From: Candidatus Methanomethylophilaceae archaeon
Lineage (GTDB): Archaea; Thermoplasmatota; Thermoplasmata; Methanomassiliicoccales; Methanomethylophilaceae
Assembly: GCA_050950505.1 (NCBI GenBank)
Contig: JBMNHS010000001.1
Coordinates: 512,001 to 576,000 of the forward strand
Reading direction: 5' to 3'
DNA length: 64,000 nt
The notes beneath the pieces were generated by a model. That model saw nothing but the letters and a program-made list of their open reading frames with translations, did not search any database and was not told where the DNA came from. A program made the position numbers and the translations under genes. Below, piece by piece: positions 18,732-29,067 of this stretch (position 1 is its first letter; each line of letters opens with the position of its first letter).

Positions 18732-19586
18732 ATGATAATCGTAGGCGGATCCTCATCAAGGGACCTGGCCAAAGAGCTGGCCGCCATACTTCAATGCACA
18801 TACGTACAGGCTGCGACCACCCGATTTCCGGACGGTGAATGTTACACCAGAATAGACCACATGGAATTGGACGATGACGTGGTAATCGTACAGAACACCT
18901 ATCCCGACGTGAACTTGATCGAGATGTTCCTTCTTCAGGACGCGGTCAAACGTCTCGGTGCAAGAACCGTGACTTTGGTCATACCTTATTTCGGATATGC
19001 CAGACAGGACCGGGTATTCAAACCCGGAGAGCCACAGAGCGCAAGAGTCATGGCAGAACATCTGGACATGGTCTGTGACAGAGTGATTACCGTGGACATC
19101 CACAAAGAAGAGGTCCTCGATTACTTCACCTGCCCGAGAGAGGATCTGAAAGCCGCCGAAACCATTGCGGAATATTTCACGGAAAGGGACATCGATTTGG
19201 TACTCGCCCCGGATCTGGGCGCGGTGAACAGAGCGAAAGCGGTGGCCGACATACTCAAAGTGGATTTCGATCATCTCAAAAAAATAAGACTGTCGGGCTC
19301 CGAAGTCAAAATGGAACCCGCCGCCATGGACTGCGAAGGCAAGAACGTTCTGATTGTGGACGATATGATTTCCACCGGAGGAACGATAATAGCCGCCGCT
19401 TACGCTTTGAGGGAAGCGGGGGCCTCGGGAGTTTCCGTCGCATGCACCCACGGCGTGTTCGTCGGCAATGCGATAGAACGCCTGACCGGAAGTTCCCTCG
19501 ACACAATACTTTGCTGCAACACATTGGAAAATGAAGTATCACACATATCGGTCGCACCGATAATAGCCGATGCGTTGAAACGGTGA
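18732..19586 (+). CDS. prs: Ribose-phosphate pyrophosphokinase
   Basis: FPDGE, PYFGYARQD, APDLG, IVDDMISTGGT; likely ATG 18732. Confidence 0.95.
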   Translation: MIIVGGSSSRDLAKELAAILQCTYVQAATTRFPDGECYTRIDHMELDDDVVIVQNTYPDVNLIEMFLLQDAVKRLGARTVTLVIPYFGYARQDRVFKPGEPQSARVMAEHLDMVCDRVITVDIHKEEVLDYFTCPREDLKAAETIAEYFTERDIDLVLAPDLGAVNRAKAVADILKVDFDHLKKIRLSGSEVKMEPAAMDCEGKNVLIVDDMISTGGTIIAAAYALREAGASGVSVACTHGVFVGNAIERLTGSSLDTILCCNTLENEVSHISVAPIIADALKR

Positions 19587-21013
19587 TTACGATGAAGAAA
19601 AAGGAAAACTTCGGCGAGTGGTACAACGAGATAGTCGATACCGCGGAGTTGAGCGATAAAAGATACCCCATCAAGGGAATGAACGTATGGACGCCTTACG
19701 GCTGGAAAATCATGATGATGATCGATTCCTTCACCAGAAGGGAACTGAATGCCACGGGCCACGATGAAGTGAATTTTCCTCTGCTGATTCCCGAAACGGA
19801 ATTCAAGAAAGAAAAAGATCACATCAAAGGATTCGATTCCGAAGTTTATTGGGTAACCAAAGCCGGAGACAACGAACTTGACGTTCCTCTGGTCATCAGA
19901 CCCACTTCCGAAACCGCCATGTATCCCATGTTTTCACTCTGGGTGCGGTCCCATCAGGATCTGCCCCTGAAAATATTCCAAATCGTCAACACTTTCCGTT
20001 ATGAAACCAAGCAGACCCGTTCCTTCATAAGGGTCCGGGAGATTCACTTTTTCGAATCCCACACCTGCCACACGACGGAAGAGGACGCCCAACGTCAGAT
20101 TGAAGAAGACATAGTCATGCTGAAGAACATATCCAGAGAACTCTGTCTTCCCCATTTCCTTCTCGTGAGAACCGATTGGGACAAGTTCCCCGGAGCCCAC
20201 TACACCGTGGGAATCGACACCGTGATGCCTCATGGAAGAACTTTGCAGATCGGATCGATTCATCATTACAGAACCAATTTCTCCGTCCCTTACGACATAC
20301 AATACGAAGATCTGAACGGAGAACACAGATATGCCCACCAGACCACTTTCGGAATGAGCGAACGTCTTCTGGGGGCCGTCGTCGGAGTCCACGGGGATGA
20401 CAGCGGACTGATTCTTCCGCCGCCCATAGCGCCCTTCCAAGCGGTCATAATCCCGATAATATCCAAAAACAATCCGGAGGAAGTCCTTGATGTTTGCAGA
20501 ATGGTTACAGACATTCTGAGCAAAGACGGAATCAGGGTCAAACTGGACAACCGGAACCTGCGCCCCGGTGCGAAATACTACGATTGGGAGATGCGGGGCG
20601 TACCGCTGAGATTGGAAATAGGTGCCAGAGACGTAGAAAACAAACTGGTTTCCTTTGCAAGAAGAGACACCGGTGAAAAAGGGACCATGGATCTCAACGC
20701 AGTGTCCGCAGGCGCGAAACTGTTGCTGAATGATATTTCCGCGACTCTGTACCGCCGCGCGGCCGAAGTTCAGGAGTCCGCGGTCAGGGACATATCCGAT
20801 ATGTCCGAAGCCCCCGCGGAAAGTGATGAGACCAAGGATGATGTCATTCTGAGATTCGGTTGGTGCGGAAACGAGGACTGCGGTCACGGGTTCGAAGAAA
20901 CCACGGGATACAAGATTCTCGGAACCCCTTACGGCGCGGACGCCGTGAAATGCGAATGCATCGTTTGCGGAGCCCCCTCCGAAAAACAGGCTTACGCCGC
21001 TCACCCGATGTGA
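19583..21013 (+). CDS. proS: Prolyl-tRNA synthetase (archaeal/eukaryotic type)
   Basis: RPTSET, SHQDLPLK, FRYETK.TR.FIRVRE, C-terminal Zn site. Confidence 0.96.
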   Translation: MITMKKKENFGEWYNEIVDTAELSDKRYPIKGMNVWTPYGWKIMMMIDSFTRRELNATGHDEVNFPLLIPETEFKKEKDHIKGFDSEVYWVTKAGDNELDVPLVIRPTSETAMYPMFSLWVRSHQDLPLKIFQIVNTFRYETKQTRSFIRVREIHFFESHTCHTTEEDAQRQIEEDIVMLKNISRELCLPHFLLVRTDWDKFPGAHYTVGIDTVMPHGRTLQIGSIHHYRTNFSVPYDIQYEDLNGEHRYAHQTTFGMSERLLGAVVGVHGDDSGLILPPPIAPFQAVIIPIISKNNPEEVLDVCRMVTDILSKDGIRVKLDNRNLRPGAKYYDWEMRGVPLRLEIGARDVENKLVSFARRDTGEKGTMDLNAVSAGAKLLLNDISATLYRRAAEVQESAVRDISDMSEAPAESDETKDDVILRFGWCGNEDCGHGFEETTGYKILGTPYGADAVKCECIVCGAPSEKQAYAAHPM

Positions 21014-21018
21014 ATGCC

Positions 21019-21783
21019 ATGAAAGGATTCAACGAAGGGGAAACTGCTTTTCTCGAAGACGCAGGGGGTAAAAGATACTGGTTCAAGGTATCTTACAAAA
21101 TGATCAAAATTCCGTCTTTGGGAACCGTCGACGGCAAAAGGTTCGAAACCGCATATGACGGAAAAATCATGGAAATCGCCGATTCGGAATTCACGGTGTT
21201 CCGTCCCAAAGTGACCGAATTGATCGAATCCCTTGAAAGAGGGGCTCAGATAATCACTGTGAAAGACGCCGCCCAGATTCTGATCAACTGTGACGTGAAG
21301 AACGGAACGGAAGTCATTGAAGTGGGAGCAGGTTCCGGAGGACTTACCACCGCGCTGACGAATGCCGCAGCTCCGGACGGAAACGTTCTCACGGTCGAAC
21401 TCAAAGAGGAAAATGCAAAACGGGCGGGAAGGAATCTTGCCAGAACGGGATTGGACAAAAACTGGAGTTACGTAATCGGCGATGCGAAAGACGTGAAATT
21501 CGAAGGCATCGCGGACGTTCTGACTTTGGACATGCCCGACCCCTGGTTGGCTTTGGACAATCTCCTTCCGCACCTGAAATCCGGAGGTCGGATATGCATA
21601 TACGTTCCAAACGTGAACCAGTTGGAATCTTCCGTCATGGCATTGAGGGAAAGAGGATTTTCCCGCGTGCGGGCCTATGAAAACATCAATCGGGAAATGG
21701 AAGTCCATCCCGGCGGGGTAAGACCGTCCTTTGACACTCTGGGTCATACGGGATATCTCATATTCGGGCGGAAACGGGAATAA
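21019..21783 (+). CDS. trmI: tRNA (adenine-N1)-methyltransferase TrmI/Gcd14
   Basis: RGAQII..KD, EVGAGSG.LT, LDMPDPW, RP....GHTGYL. Confidence 0.9.
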   Translation: MKGFNEGETAFLEDAGGKRYWFKVSYKMIKIPSLGTVDGKRFETAYDGKIMEIADSEFTVFRPKVTELIESLERGAQIITVKDAAQILINCDVKNGTEVIEVGAGSGGLTTALTNAAAPDGNVLTVELKEENAKRAGRNLARTGLDKNWSYVIGDAKDVKFEGIADVLTLDMPDPWLALDNLLPHLKSGGRICIYVPNVNQLESSVMALRERGFSRVRAYENINREMEVHPGGVRPSFDTLGHTGYLIFGRKRE

Positions 21784-21831
21784 CGGGGTCCGATATAACT
21801 TATTAAACAATAATTCCTTTATCCGGTACAG

Positions 21832-21960
21832 ATGACAGTGGTCGGAACACGGATCCGGCCGAAAGGTGCGAACCTTCCGGAAGGACAAAATCCTTACGGA
21901 ACGGCGGAATGCAGCAATCGGTGTCCGGACAATCCCTGATTTCAGAACCGCTGTGAGATG
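21832..21960 (+). promoter_or_regulatory. Structured 5' leader of purL (candidate cis-regulatory RNA; contains 35-codon uORF 21832-21939)
   Basis: TATA-like CTTATTAAAC at 21799-21808; nested stems 21835-42/21947-54, 21851-62/21918-35; hairpins AAGGT-GCGA-ACCTT and AAGGA-CAAAA-TCCTT. Confidence 0.5.
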
Positions 21961-21965
21961 ATCAT

Positions 21966-24299
21966 ATGGCAAAAGAACTATTGGTCAAACGCGACGCTCC
22001 ATACGAGCTCTACGAAGTAAAACTTCTCGACGCAACCGACGAGGAAATGAAGAAGATATCCGACGACATGTCGTTGAATCTGTCTCTTGATGAGATGAAA
22101 GTCATAAAGGAATATTTTGCCAATGAAGGCCGCAATCCCGTTGACGTGGAACTGCAGTCTCTCGGTCAGGCATGGAGCGAGCATTGCTGTTACAAAAGTT
22201 CCAAAGCCATTCTGAAAGAATTCGTGTTCGGCATAGACCGTGACGATGTGCTCTCCCGGGGAGACGCCGGAGTCATGACCTTTGACGAAGAACACGGATA
22301 CGCGCTCAGAATCGAAAGCCACAACCACCCTTCCGCGATAGAACCCTACGGCGGAGCCGGGACCGGAGTGGGAGGAATTCTCAGGGACGTCATCTGCATG
22401 GGAGCCAAGCCCATAGGATTGGGGGATCCGCTGTGTTTCGGATACCCCGACAGGAAAGGAGAGCTTCCAGCAGGCGCGAAACATCCCAAAGAACTCATGA
22501 AAGGCGCCGTAGCCGGAATAAGGGACTACAGCAAAATCGTGGGTGTCCCCGCAATCACAGGAGGGATGTTCTTTGACGAACGTTACACAAACAACTGTCT
22601 CGTGAACGTCTCATGCATAGGATTTCTCAGACTGGAAAATCTTTTGAACAACTTTGCCGGAGGCCCCGGAGAAACAATGATTCTGATCGGCGGCAAAACC
22701 GGAAGAGACGGAATACACGGAGTGAACTTCTCCTCTCAGGAGTTGGACGAAGGCCTTTGTGAAAAAACCGCTCCTGTTCAGCAAGGCGATCCCGTGATCA
22801 AGAAAGCCGTAATGCAATCCTGTCTGGAAGTCAGTGACAAACATCTTGCCACCGGAATGAAGGATCTGGGCGGGGGAGGCCTCAGCTGTGTCGTGGGCGA
22901 AATGGCATTGGACGGAGGCTGCGGCGCGGACATCGATTTGGAAAAGGTTCCGCTTAAGGAACCCGGGCTCGCCCCCTGGGAGATATGGATTTCAGAATCC
23001 CAGGAAAGGATGATGTGTACCTGCAAGCCTGAAAATCTGGACGAGGTTCTTGAAATTTTCAAATCGTATGACGTGATTGCGGTTCCCGTCGGAGTCACCA
23101 ACGAATCAAAGCGCACCCGCATATTCTGGGAAGGCGAACAGATATTCGAAATGGATCAGAAATTCCTTACCACGGGTCCGATGTATCACAGACCGTACAC
23201 TCAACCCAAAGTTTCCACTATGGAAGAGGAACGCACGCCCCGTTTGCCGGATGACAGAAAAGTCATACTCAGACTGTTGTCAGACCCCAACGTCGCGTCA
23301 AAGGAATGGATAATCAATCAATATGACAATGAAAACGGCGAATCGACCGCCGTATCCTCCCTGGTGGGAGATCCCGATGCACCCGGTCCCGGCGATGCCA
23401 CGGTCATCAGACCCGTACCGGGAAGCACCAAGGGCTTGGCCGCCGCAATCGGCTGCAATCCCTGGTTCACCGAACTCGATCCGTACAACGGAGGAATGTC
23501 CTCCATGGACGAGGCCTGGCGGAACGTGGTGGCGGCGGGTGCGGTTCCGAACGCGATGACCGACTGTCTCAACTTCGGAAATCCGGAAAAACCCGACAGA
23601 CTCGGGATACTCAGAGAAGCCGTCCGCGGCATAGGAAAATTCGCAAGGGAACTGAACATACCCATACCTTCAGGGAATGTGAGCCTGTACAACGAATCGT
23701 CCGCAGGCGTGTCCGTGCTGCCGACGCCCATGATAATGTGCTGTGGCATAATCGATGACGCATCCAAAGCCGTAACCGCCGATTTCAAAGAACCGGACAA
23801 CAGAATTTACGTAATCGGCAAAACCAAGGAAGAGATGGGCGGATCTCTGCTGTACCGCGTGTTCGGAGGAAAACAGGGCAAGGTTCCCGGCGTCAGCACC
23901 AAGAACGTCAGGGATCTGACCGACAAGGTTCTGAAGGCCATGGACGAAGGACTGATAAAATCCTGCCATGACTGTTCCGACGGAGGTCTTGCGGTCGCGG
24001 TTGCGGAAATGTGCATATCCGGAAAAATGGGCGCCACGCTCGACCTCAGGACTCTGGAAGACGTTTCTCCCAGAAAGGCGCTTTATTCCGAAAGCAACAC
24101 CAGATGGATTGCGGAAGTATCCGAAAAGGACGCTCAACGGTTTGAAGAAATAATGAACGGTTCCGCTTACCGTATCGGAAAGACCGGCGGCAAATCTCTG
24201 AATCTGAGGGATTCCGGCACAATCATCGATTTGGAAGAACTGTACGAGGCCTGGAGCAAACCCATAGCGAAGATTATGGAAAGTTCCGATTCCGAATAA
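21966..24299 (+). CDS. purL: Phosphoribosylformylglycinamidine synthase subunit PurL
   Basis: WSEHC, ESHNHPSAIEP, GGILRD, ISESQERM, DCLNFGNPE, GNVSLYNE, HDCSDGG. Confidence 0.95.
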   Translation: MAKELLVKRDAPYELYEVKLLDATDEEMKKISDDMSLNLSLDEMKVIKEYFANEGRNPVDVELQSLGQAWSEHCCYKSSKAILKEFVFGIDRDDVLSRGDAGVMTFDEEHGYALRIESHNHPSAIEPYGGAGTGVGGILRDVICMGAKPIGLGDPLCFGYPDRKGELPAGAKHPKELMKGAVAGIRDYSKIVGVPAITGGMFFDERYTNNCLVNVSCIGFLRLENLLNNFAGGPGETMILIGGKTGRDGIHGVNFSSQELDEGLCEKTAPVQQGDPVIKKAVMQSCLEVSDKHLATGMKDLGGGGLSCVVGEMALDGGCGADIDLEKVPLKEPGLAPWEIWISESQERMMCTCKPENLDEVLEIFKSYDVIAVPVGVTNESKRTRIFWEGEQIFEMDQKFLTTGPMYHRPYTQPKVSTMEEERTPRLPDDRKVILRLLSDPNVASKEWIINQYDNENGESTAVSSLVGDPDAPGPGDATVIRPVPGSTKGLAAAIGCNPWFTELDPYNGGMSSMDEAWRNVVAAGAVPNAMTDCLNFGNPEKPDRLGILREAVRGIGKFARELNIPIPSGNVSLYNESSAGVSVLPTPMIMCCGIIDDASKAVTADFKEPDNRIYVIGKTKEEMGGSLLYRVFGGKQGKVPGVSTKNVRDLTDKVLKAMDEGLIKSCHDCSDGGLAVAVAEMCISGKMGATLDLRTLEDVSPRKALYSESNTRWIAEVSEKDAQRFEEIMNGSAYRIGKTGGKSLNLRDSGTIIDLEELYEAWSKPIAKIMESSDSE

Positions 24300-24328
24300 G
24301 ATCTCCGAAAAATCAAAACAACCAATTA

Positions 24329-24344
24329 CCCGGCGGAAGCCGGG
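24329..24344. terminator. GC hairpin between convergent purL and riboflavin kinase genes
   Basis: CCCGGC-GGAA-GCCGGG with A/T-rich flanks. Confidence 0.55.
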
Positions 24345-24399
24345 AATTTCTATTTATCAATAAATCAACGTATCTTCTTCGTAAATCACGGATTAACGT

Positions 24400-25056
24400 T
24401 CAGATTTCGATTCTGACTTCGACAGGATCTTTGTCCTTGAGGCTCAGAGTGCGTCTGAGATGGTATTGGCAAACGACTTCCACAATGTCGGAATAATGGG
24501 ATCTCTCGGGCATGACGATTGCACAGTCGATGTTCTTTATCTTTGCCTTGTGGGCGATTACGTTGCCGAAGGAACGTCCTTCTGCTTCGAATTCTCTGAT
24601 CAATTGTCCGGCGGAGCTTCTCAGAACATCAAGTTTTCCGAGATCCTCTTTGTCTACCGTAATGTTCAAAGTTCCTTCGAAAGGACGGAATCCAAGGGTC
24701 TTTTCGAACTGTTCGACGTACCGGGGCTGTGAAATATAGTATCCGCCCTGGCCCATGCCGGTTGTGATACGGCCTTTCAATGTCATGTGGTCCGTGAGTT
24801 CAAAAATTCTGCGGTATTCGTTGTATTCGTTCTTCAACCAGTTCACTCCGTTTTCCGTCAGCTTGATGCGCTGTCTTCTGGCACCGAGGTCCCGTACAAT
24901 ATATTTTCCGTCCAGAAGTTCCAAAATTCTTTTGGAAGCGGACTGCTGACTCATGTTCAGCGCATCCCCCAGTTCTCTGGAAGACACCGCTATGTAATCA
25001 TGCACACCGCCGAGCAAAGCGATTTTTTTCAGAGTAGAAGTATACTTTTCGTCCAC
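24400..25056 (-). CDS. ribK: HTH-fused CTP-dependent riboflavin kinase (RbkR/RibK)
   Basis: N-terminal wHTH (SSRELG...SQQSAS), GMGQGGYY, PFEGTLN, PERSHY. Confidence 0.9.
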   Translation of the reverse strand: MDEKYTSTLKKIALLGGVHDYIAVSSRELGDALNMSQQSASKRILELLDGKYIVRDLGARRQRIKLTENGVNWLKNEYNEYRRIFELTDHMTLKGRITTGMGQGGYYISQPRYVEQFEKTLGFRPFEGTLNITVDKEDLGKLDVLRSSAGQLIREFEAEGRSFGNVIAHKAKIKNIDCAIVMPERSHYSDIVEVVCQYHLRRTLSLKDKDPVEVRIEI

Positions 25057-25181
25057 AGACAGAAATGCGAAAAATCAGTTATAAATCTACCGATTTTTTT
25101 GTTAACACCATTAATTTGGTAGATTCAGATAATAATCGGAGAATGAACGGCCTGCCGGATTATTCCGGCAAGCTGTTTTTA

Positions 25182-25562
25182 TCAGTTTTGTTTGCCGATT
25201 CTGTTCGCTTTGATCCAAAGTCCGGTTTTGCGGTTGGCGGCAACCAACACAATCACCATGGCGATGACTGCCATGGCGGAACCCAGCCATTTGTCGATAT
25301 TGCCGTACAGAATCATTGCAATGCAAATTCCCGTGGTCACTGCGGCAATACCCGTAACGACTCCCCATGTGCCGTTGCCGTTGGGTGCGAAACCCCCGCC
25401 GAGCACCAGGAAGAGTATCATCACGAGTAGACAAATTCCGACGTTAATTACCGAGCTTTCAGTGCTGTCATAGGCGTAAATGGAAGCCAGAATTGCCAAC
25501 AATCCACCCAGAATTCCAAGCAAGAAGCCGAATTTTACAACTTTTGGTCTTTTGTCTATCAT
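25182..25562 (-). CDS. Hypothetical membrane protein (about 4 TM)
   Basis: Four hydrophobic segments; fills the gap on the strand of its neighbours. Confidence 0.7.
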   Translation of the reverse strand: MIDKRPKVVKFGFLLGILGGLLAILASIYAYDSTESSVINVGICLLVMILFLVLGGGFAPNGNGTWGVVTGIAAVTTGICIAMILYGNIDKWLGSAMAVIAMVIVLVAANRKTGLWIKANRIGKQN

Positions 25563-25602
25563 GTGTATTACCTTGTTCGAGATTCATTTACTCTTATTTA
25601 TT

Positions 25603-26157
25603 TCAAGCGCAGAGCGCTCTGACACCTCTGAGCAGCAACCATGCGGATCCGAGAATCAGGAACCATATCTGATAGATGCCCGGTTCGCAAACCAATATCA
25701 TGGCAAGCGTCGAAATCAGGAATATGATTGACAGGGACCCGAACAGCATACGGCGGTTGTCTTCGAAATCGTCATATATGGAACATATCACGGCAAGGAA
25801 AAATGACAGAGTGGCCAATTTTATCGAAATATCGAAAATCTCATCCCCCATTCCGAAGATAGCGGCCCAGACGATGAAAATACCCACAAGAACAAGGAAC
25901 AGCCCCTCTCCGATTCTGCCGGGACGGCCTTTTTCAAACCTGCCTATGGCAGAGAATGCCAACAGTAATCCCCCTGCGGCACCGCCTATGAAGAGATATC
26001 TCGAGGCATCGGAATCAATGAGATCGGTTACAAGAGTCTCGCCGTAAACCCAATCCGAGTACTCAACGACAGTCAACATCAACATCAGTATGAACAAGGA
26101 TACAGCCAGAAATCCCAGCATTGAATATCCCGGACTGCACTTTTTTTCTGATACCAT
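25603..26157 (-). CDS. Hypothetical membrane protein (about 6 TM, DUF998-like)
   Basis: Multiple hydrophobic helices; W...vtDL pattern. Confidence 0.7.
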   Translation of the reverse strand: MVSEKKCSPGYSMLGFLAVSLFILMLMLTVVEYSDWVYGETLVTDLIDSDASRYLFIGGAAGGLLLAFSAIGRFEKGRPGRIGEGLFLVLVGIFIVWAAIFGMGDEIFDISIKLATLSFFLAVICSIYDDFEDNRRMLFGSLSIIFLISTLAMILVCEPGIYQIWFLILGSAWLLLRGVRALCA

Positions 26158-26470
26158 GTGCCATAATCATTAATGGAGTTAATAACATTAATCGTTATTA
26201 CTGCCGTCTGTCGAATCAATCACGATGCCTTCGGACCGTGGGTGAATATACGCATACAATCGGAAAACCGGCACGGTCCACATAGGAAAATCGGTATTTA
26301 TCATCAACAAATGATAAAAATAATCTTCGTTCGCAATGCAGATTGTGTGCCCGCAACCGATTTTACGGTTTTTATCGGGATGGCGATACGGACATTCCGA
26401 CGGTACCAATCCCCGCCGGCCCAATCTGAAATTAATCAAACTTAAATCACTGCACCCAATCACGCTCTGT

Positions 26471-27247
26471 ATGAAGAAGATATTTTTTGTCGGCACCGCC
26501 GGTTGCGGAAAAAGCACCTTGGTTGCCGCGTACAAAGAGTGGCTTGAAGAACAGGGCGTGGATGCCCTGATTCTCAATCTCGACCCGGGATCCGATGTTT
26601 TGCCGTATCAGCCCGATGTGGACATAAGGGAATGGGTAAGTACCGCCGACGTCATGGAAGAATACGGATTGGGTCCCAACGGTGCGCAGATTGTTGCCGC
26701 GGACATCATGGCTCTGAACATAGATCGGATGACCGATGTGCTGGGAAGCATGAGATCCGACTATCTTCTAGTGGACACCCCCGGACAGTTGGAACTCTTC
26801 GCATTCCGGGAATCTTCCAAAATGACCGTCGAATCCCTCGGTGCCGAAGATTCCATGATTGTGTATCTTTCCGATCCTTCCCTGTGCAAAGATCCAAACG
26901 GGTTCGTGACGTCAATGATGCTGTCTTCCCTTGTTCAATTCCGGCTTCAGTTGCCGACATTCGGATTTTTGTCAAAATCCGACATTCTTTCGGAAGAAGA
27001 GAAAGACAGGGTCATAGGATGGTTCACCGATTCGGATTCACTGTATTTCGATCTGTTGGACCAGGACTCAGAACCTCAAACTGTCGTGGGTATGGAACTT
27101 TTCAAAGCGATGGAATCCATGGGTATATTCGGTCAGGTGAGAGCCGTCTCCGCCGAAATGTCCCAGGGCATGGATGAAATATACGCCGCGGTGCAACTGG
27201 CGTTCTTCGGCGGAGAAGATTCGGACATCATGAGTCCCAACGACTGA
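26471..27247 (+). CDS. GPN-loop GTPase
   Basis: GTAGCGKST, NLDPG, YGLGPNG, DTPGQLE, SKSD. Confidence 0.93.
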   Translation: MKKIFFVGTAGCGKSTLVAAYKEWLEEQGVDALILNLDPGSDVLPYQPDVDIREWVSTADVMEEYGLGPNGAQIVAADIMALNIDRMTDVLGSMRSDYLLVDTPGQLELFAFRESSKMTVESLGAEDSMIVYLSDPSLCKDPNGFVTSMMLSSLVQFRLQLPTFGFLSKSDILSEEEKDRVIGWFTDSDSLYFDLLDQDSEPQTVVGMELFKAMESMGIFGQVRAVSAEMSQGMDEIYAAVQLAFFGGEDSDIMSPND

Positions 27248-27248
27248 T

Positions 27249-28457
27249 TCATCCGAACATATAGGCCGGCACGGCCTTGACTTTGTTCCGTCCGGCCTCC
27301 ATGACCTTTTCCTTGCCTCTCATGAAGTCGCTCATGGTGACGGTGTCTCTTCCGTCCCTGATTGTCAGCATACCGGCTTCGGTGCAGATGCTCTTGATTT
27401 CGGCACCGGACGCGGTATCCGTGATATCGGCGAGAACTCTGAGATCCACATCATCGTCGATGTTCATGTAGGAAGTGTGAATTCCGAAAATCTGGAAACG
27501 CCCTTCGGTGTCCGGAAGTCCGATGTCAATGATTCTGTCGAATCTTCCCGGCCTCAGCAAAGCATCGTCCAGAATATCCGGTCTGTTGGTGGCACCGATG
27601 ATTTTCACGTCTCCCGTGGGCGTGAATCCGTCAAGTTCCGCAAGAAGCTGCATCAACGTCCTCTGAACCTCACGGTCGCCGGAAGTGGCGGAATCCAATC
27701 TCTTGGCTCCCACGGAGTCAAGCTCGTCTATGAATATGATGCTGGGGGCTTTGGTTCTGGCAAGTTCGAACAGTTCACGTACCAGTCTGGCACCTTCTCC
27801 GATATATTTCTGGACCAGTTCGGAACCGACCAATCTTATGAAAGATGCGTCGGTGGCGCTGGCGACGGCCTTTGCCATAAGCGTTTTGCCGGTTCCCGGG
27901 GGACCCACAAGCAAAACTCCCTTGGGCGGTTCGATACCGACCTTGGCATAAAGTTCCGGCCTCAGAAGCGGATCTTCCACGGCTTCGCGGAGTTCAAGGA
28001 TTTCGTTGTCCAATCCCCCTATGTCCTCATATGAAATATGGGGCCTGTCGATAATCTCGGCGCCCGTAATCACGGGATCCAAGGAAGACGGAAGCACATT
28101 CATCAAAGCCAGCGTCTGCTTGTTGAGGGAAACTCTGACTCCGGGGAGCAAATCGGATTTTGGAACGTATTCCGAAACGGAAACTATGAAATCGGGGCCG
28201 GTGGAACTTTTGACGATGACTCTGCCGTCCGGCAGAACGTCTTTGAGGGACCCTATTATCAACGGGGGGCTTCTGAGCCTTTCCAGCTCGGTCCTTACAC
28301 GGGTAAGGTCCTTTTGCAATCTGAACAGTTCGCTTTCGGAATAACGTTTTTCGGTTTCTGCTTTCTGGAGATCCTCCATCAAGCGTACGTTGCGCTCTTC
28401 AAGCGAGATTATTTTCGCCCTGAGTTCCACGGTCTGTTCATCCATACCTTCCGCCAT
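27249..28457 (-). CDS. pan: Proteasome-activating nucleotidase
   Basis: N-terminal coiled coil, OB domain, [23 protein letters not shown]-terminal MFG. Confidence 0.96.
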   Translation of the reverse strand: MAEGMDEQTVELRAKIISLEERNVRLMEDLQKAETEKRYSESELFRLQKDLTRVRTELERLRSPPLIIGSLKDVLPDGRVIVKSSTGPDFIVSVSEYVPKSDLLPGVRVSLNKQTLALMNVLPSSLDPVITGAEIIDRPHISYEDIGGLDNEILELREAVEDPLLRPELYAKVGIEPPKGVLLVGPPGTGKTLMAKAVASATDASFIRLVGSELVQKYIGEGARLVRELFELARTKAPSIIFIDELDSVGAKRLDSATSGDREVQRTLMQLLAELDGFTPTGDVKIIGATNRPDILDDALLRPGRFDRIIDIGLPDTEGRFQIFGIHTSYMNIDDDVDLRVLADITDTASGAEIKSICTEAGMLTIRDGRDTVTMSDFMRGKEKVMEAGRNKVKAVPAYMFG

Positions 28458-28567
28458 AGTATCCTACTTGATTATGCGCTCACATTTTTATTACTTTTCG
28501 TTCTCAATCGGTGTTAAACCCATCGGAACCGCAGTTATTAACTATAAAGTGAGCCTAATTATGAGTA

Positions 28568-29059
28568 ATGCTCTGCGAATTATGTGGTAAGGATGTTCCG
28601 TTCACAAGGTCCGTCGTGATCGGAGGCGCCAGATTGGAAGCATGCCCCGAATGTGCTAAATTCGGGGAAGACAGAGGTTCCGCACCTTCCGACGGTTCCA
28701 CCGGAGGAAACAGGGCGGTAATCGAGCAGAGGCTTGAAAGGCGTCAGAAAAGAATGGGCACCAAAGACGTTTACGCCCAGGCGAAGTCCGTCGAAATAAT
28801 TGAGAATTACGGCACTGTGATACGTAAAGCCAGAGAATCCAAGGGAATGGATTTGGAACAGTTCTCGAAATCCATAAACGAGAAAAAGGGAACCATGGCC
28901 AAAATAGAAACCAACGATCTCATTCCCGATGACAAACTGGCCAAGAAAATCGAAAGGGCTCTGGACATCAAGCTTTTCGATACGGTATCGTCGGGTTTGA
29001 TACAGTCCTCCGGAGGTTCCGGCGGAAAAATGACTCTCGGGGATTTTATCAAAAAGTGA
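28568..29059 (+). CDS. Archaeal multiprotein bridging factor aMBF1 (Zn ribbon-HTH)
   Basis: CELCG...CPEC.KFG, HTH, TLGDF end. Confidence 0.9.
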   Translation: MLCELCGKDVPFTRSVVIGGARLEACPECAKFGEDRGSAPSDGSTGGNRAVIEQRLERRQKRMGTKDVYAQAKSVEIIENYGTVIRKARESKGMDLEQFSKSINEKKGTMAKIETNDLIPDDKLAKKIERALDIKLFDTVSSGLIQSSGGSGGKMTLGDFIKK

Positions 29060-29067
29060 AACGTCGG

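Noticed and set aside
21832-21960. Known riboswitch class or SRP RNA
   Set aside because: Only fragmentary resemblance (ACACGG, GGACAAAA, CCGGAAGG); the core consensus elements are missing
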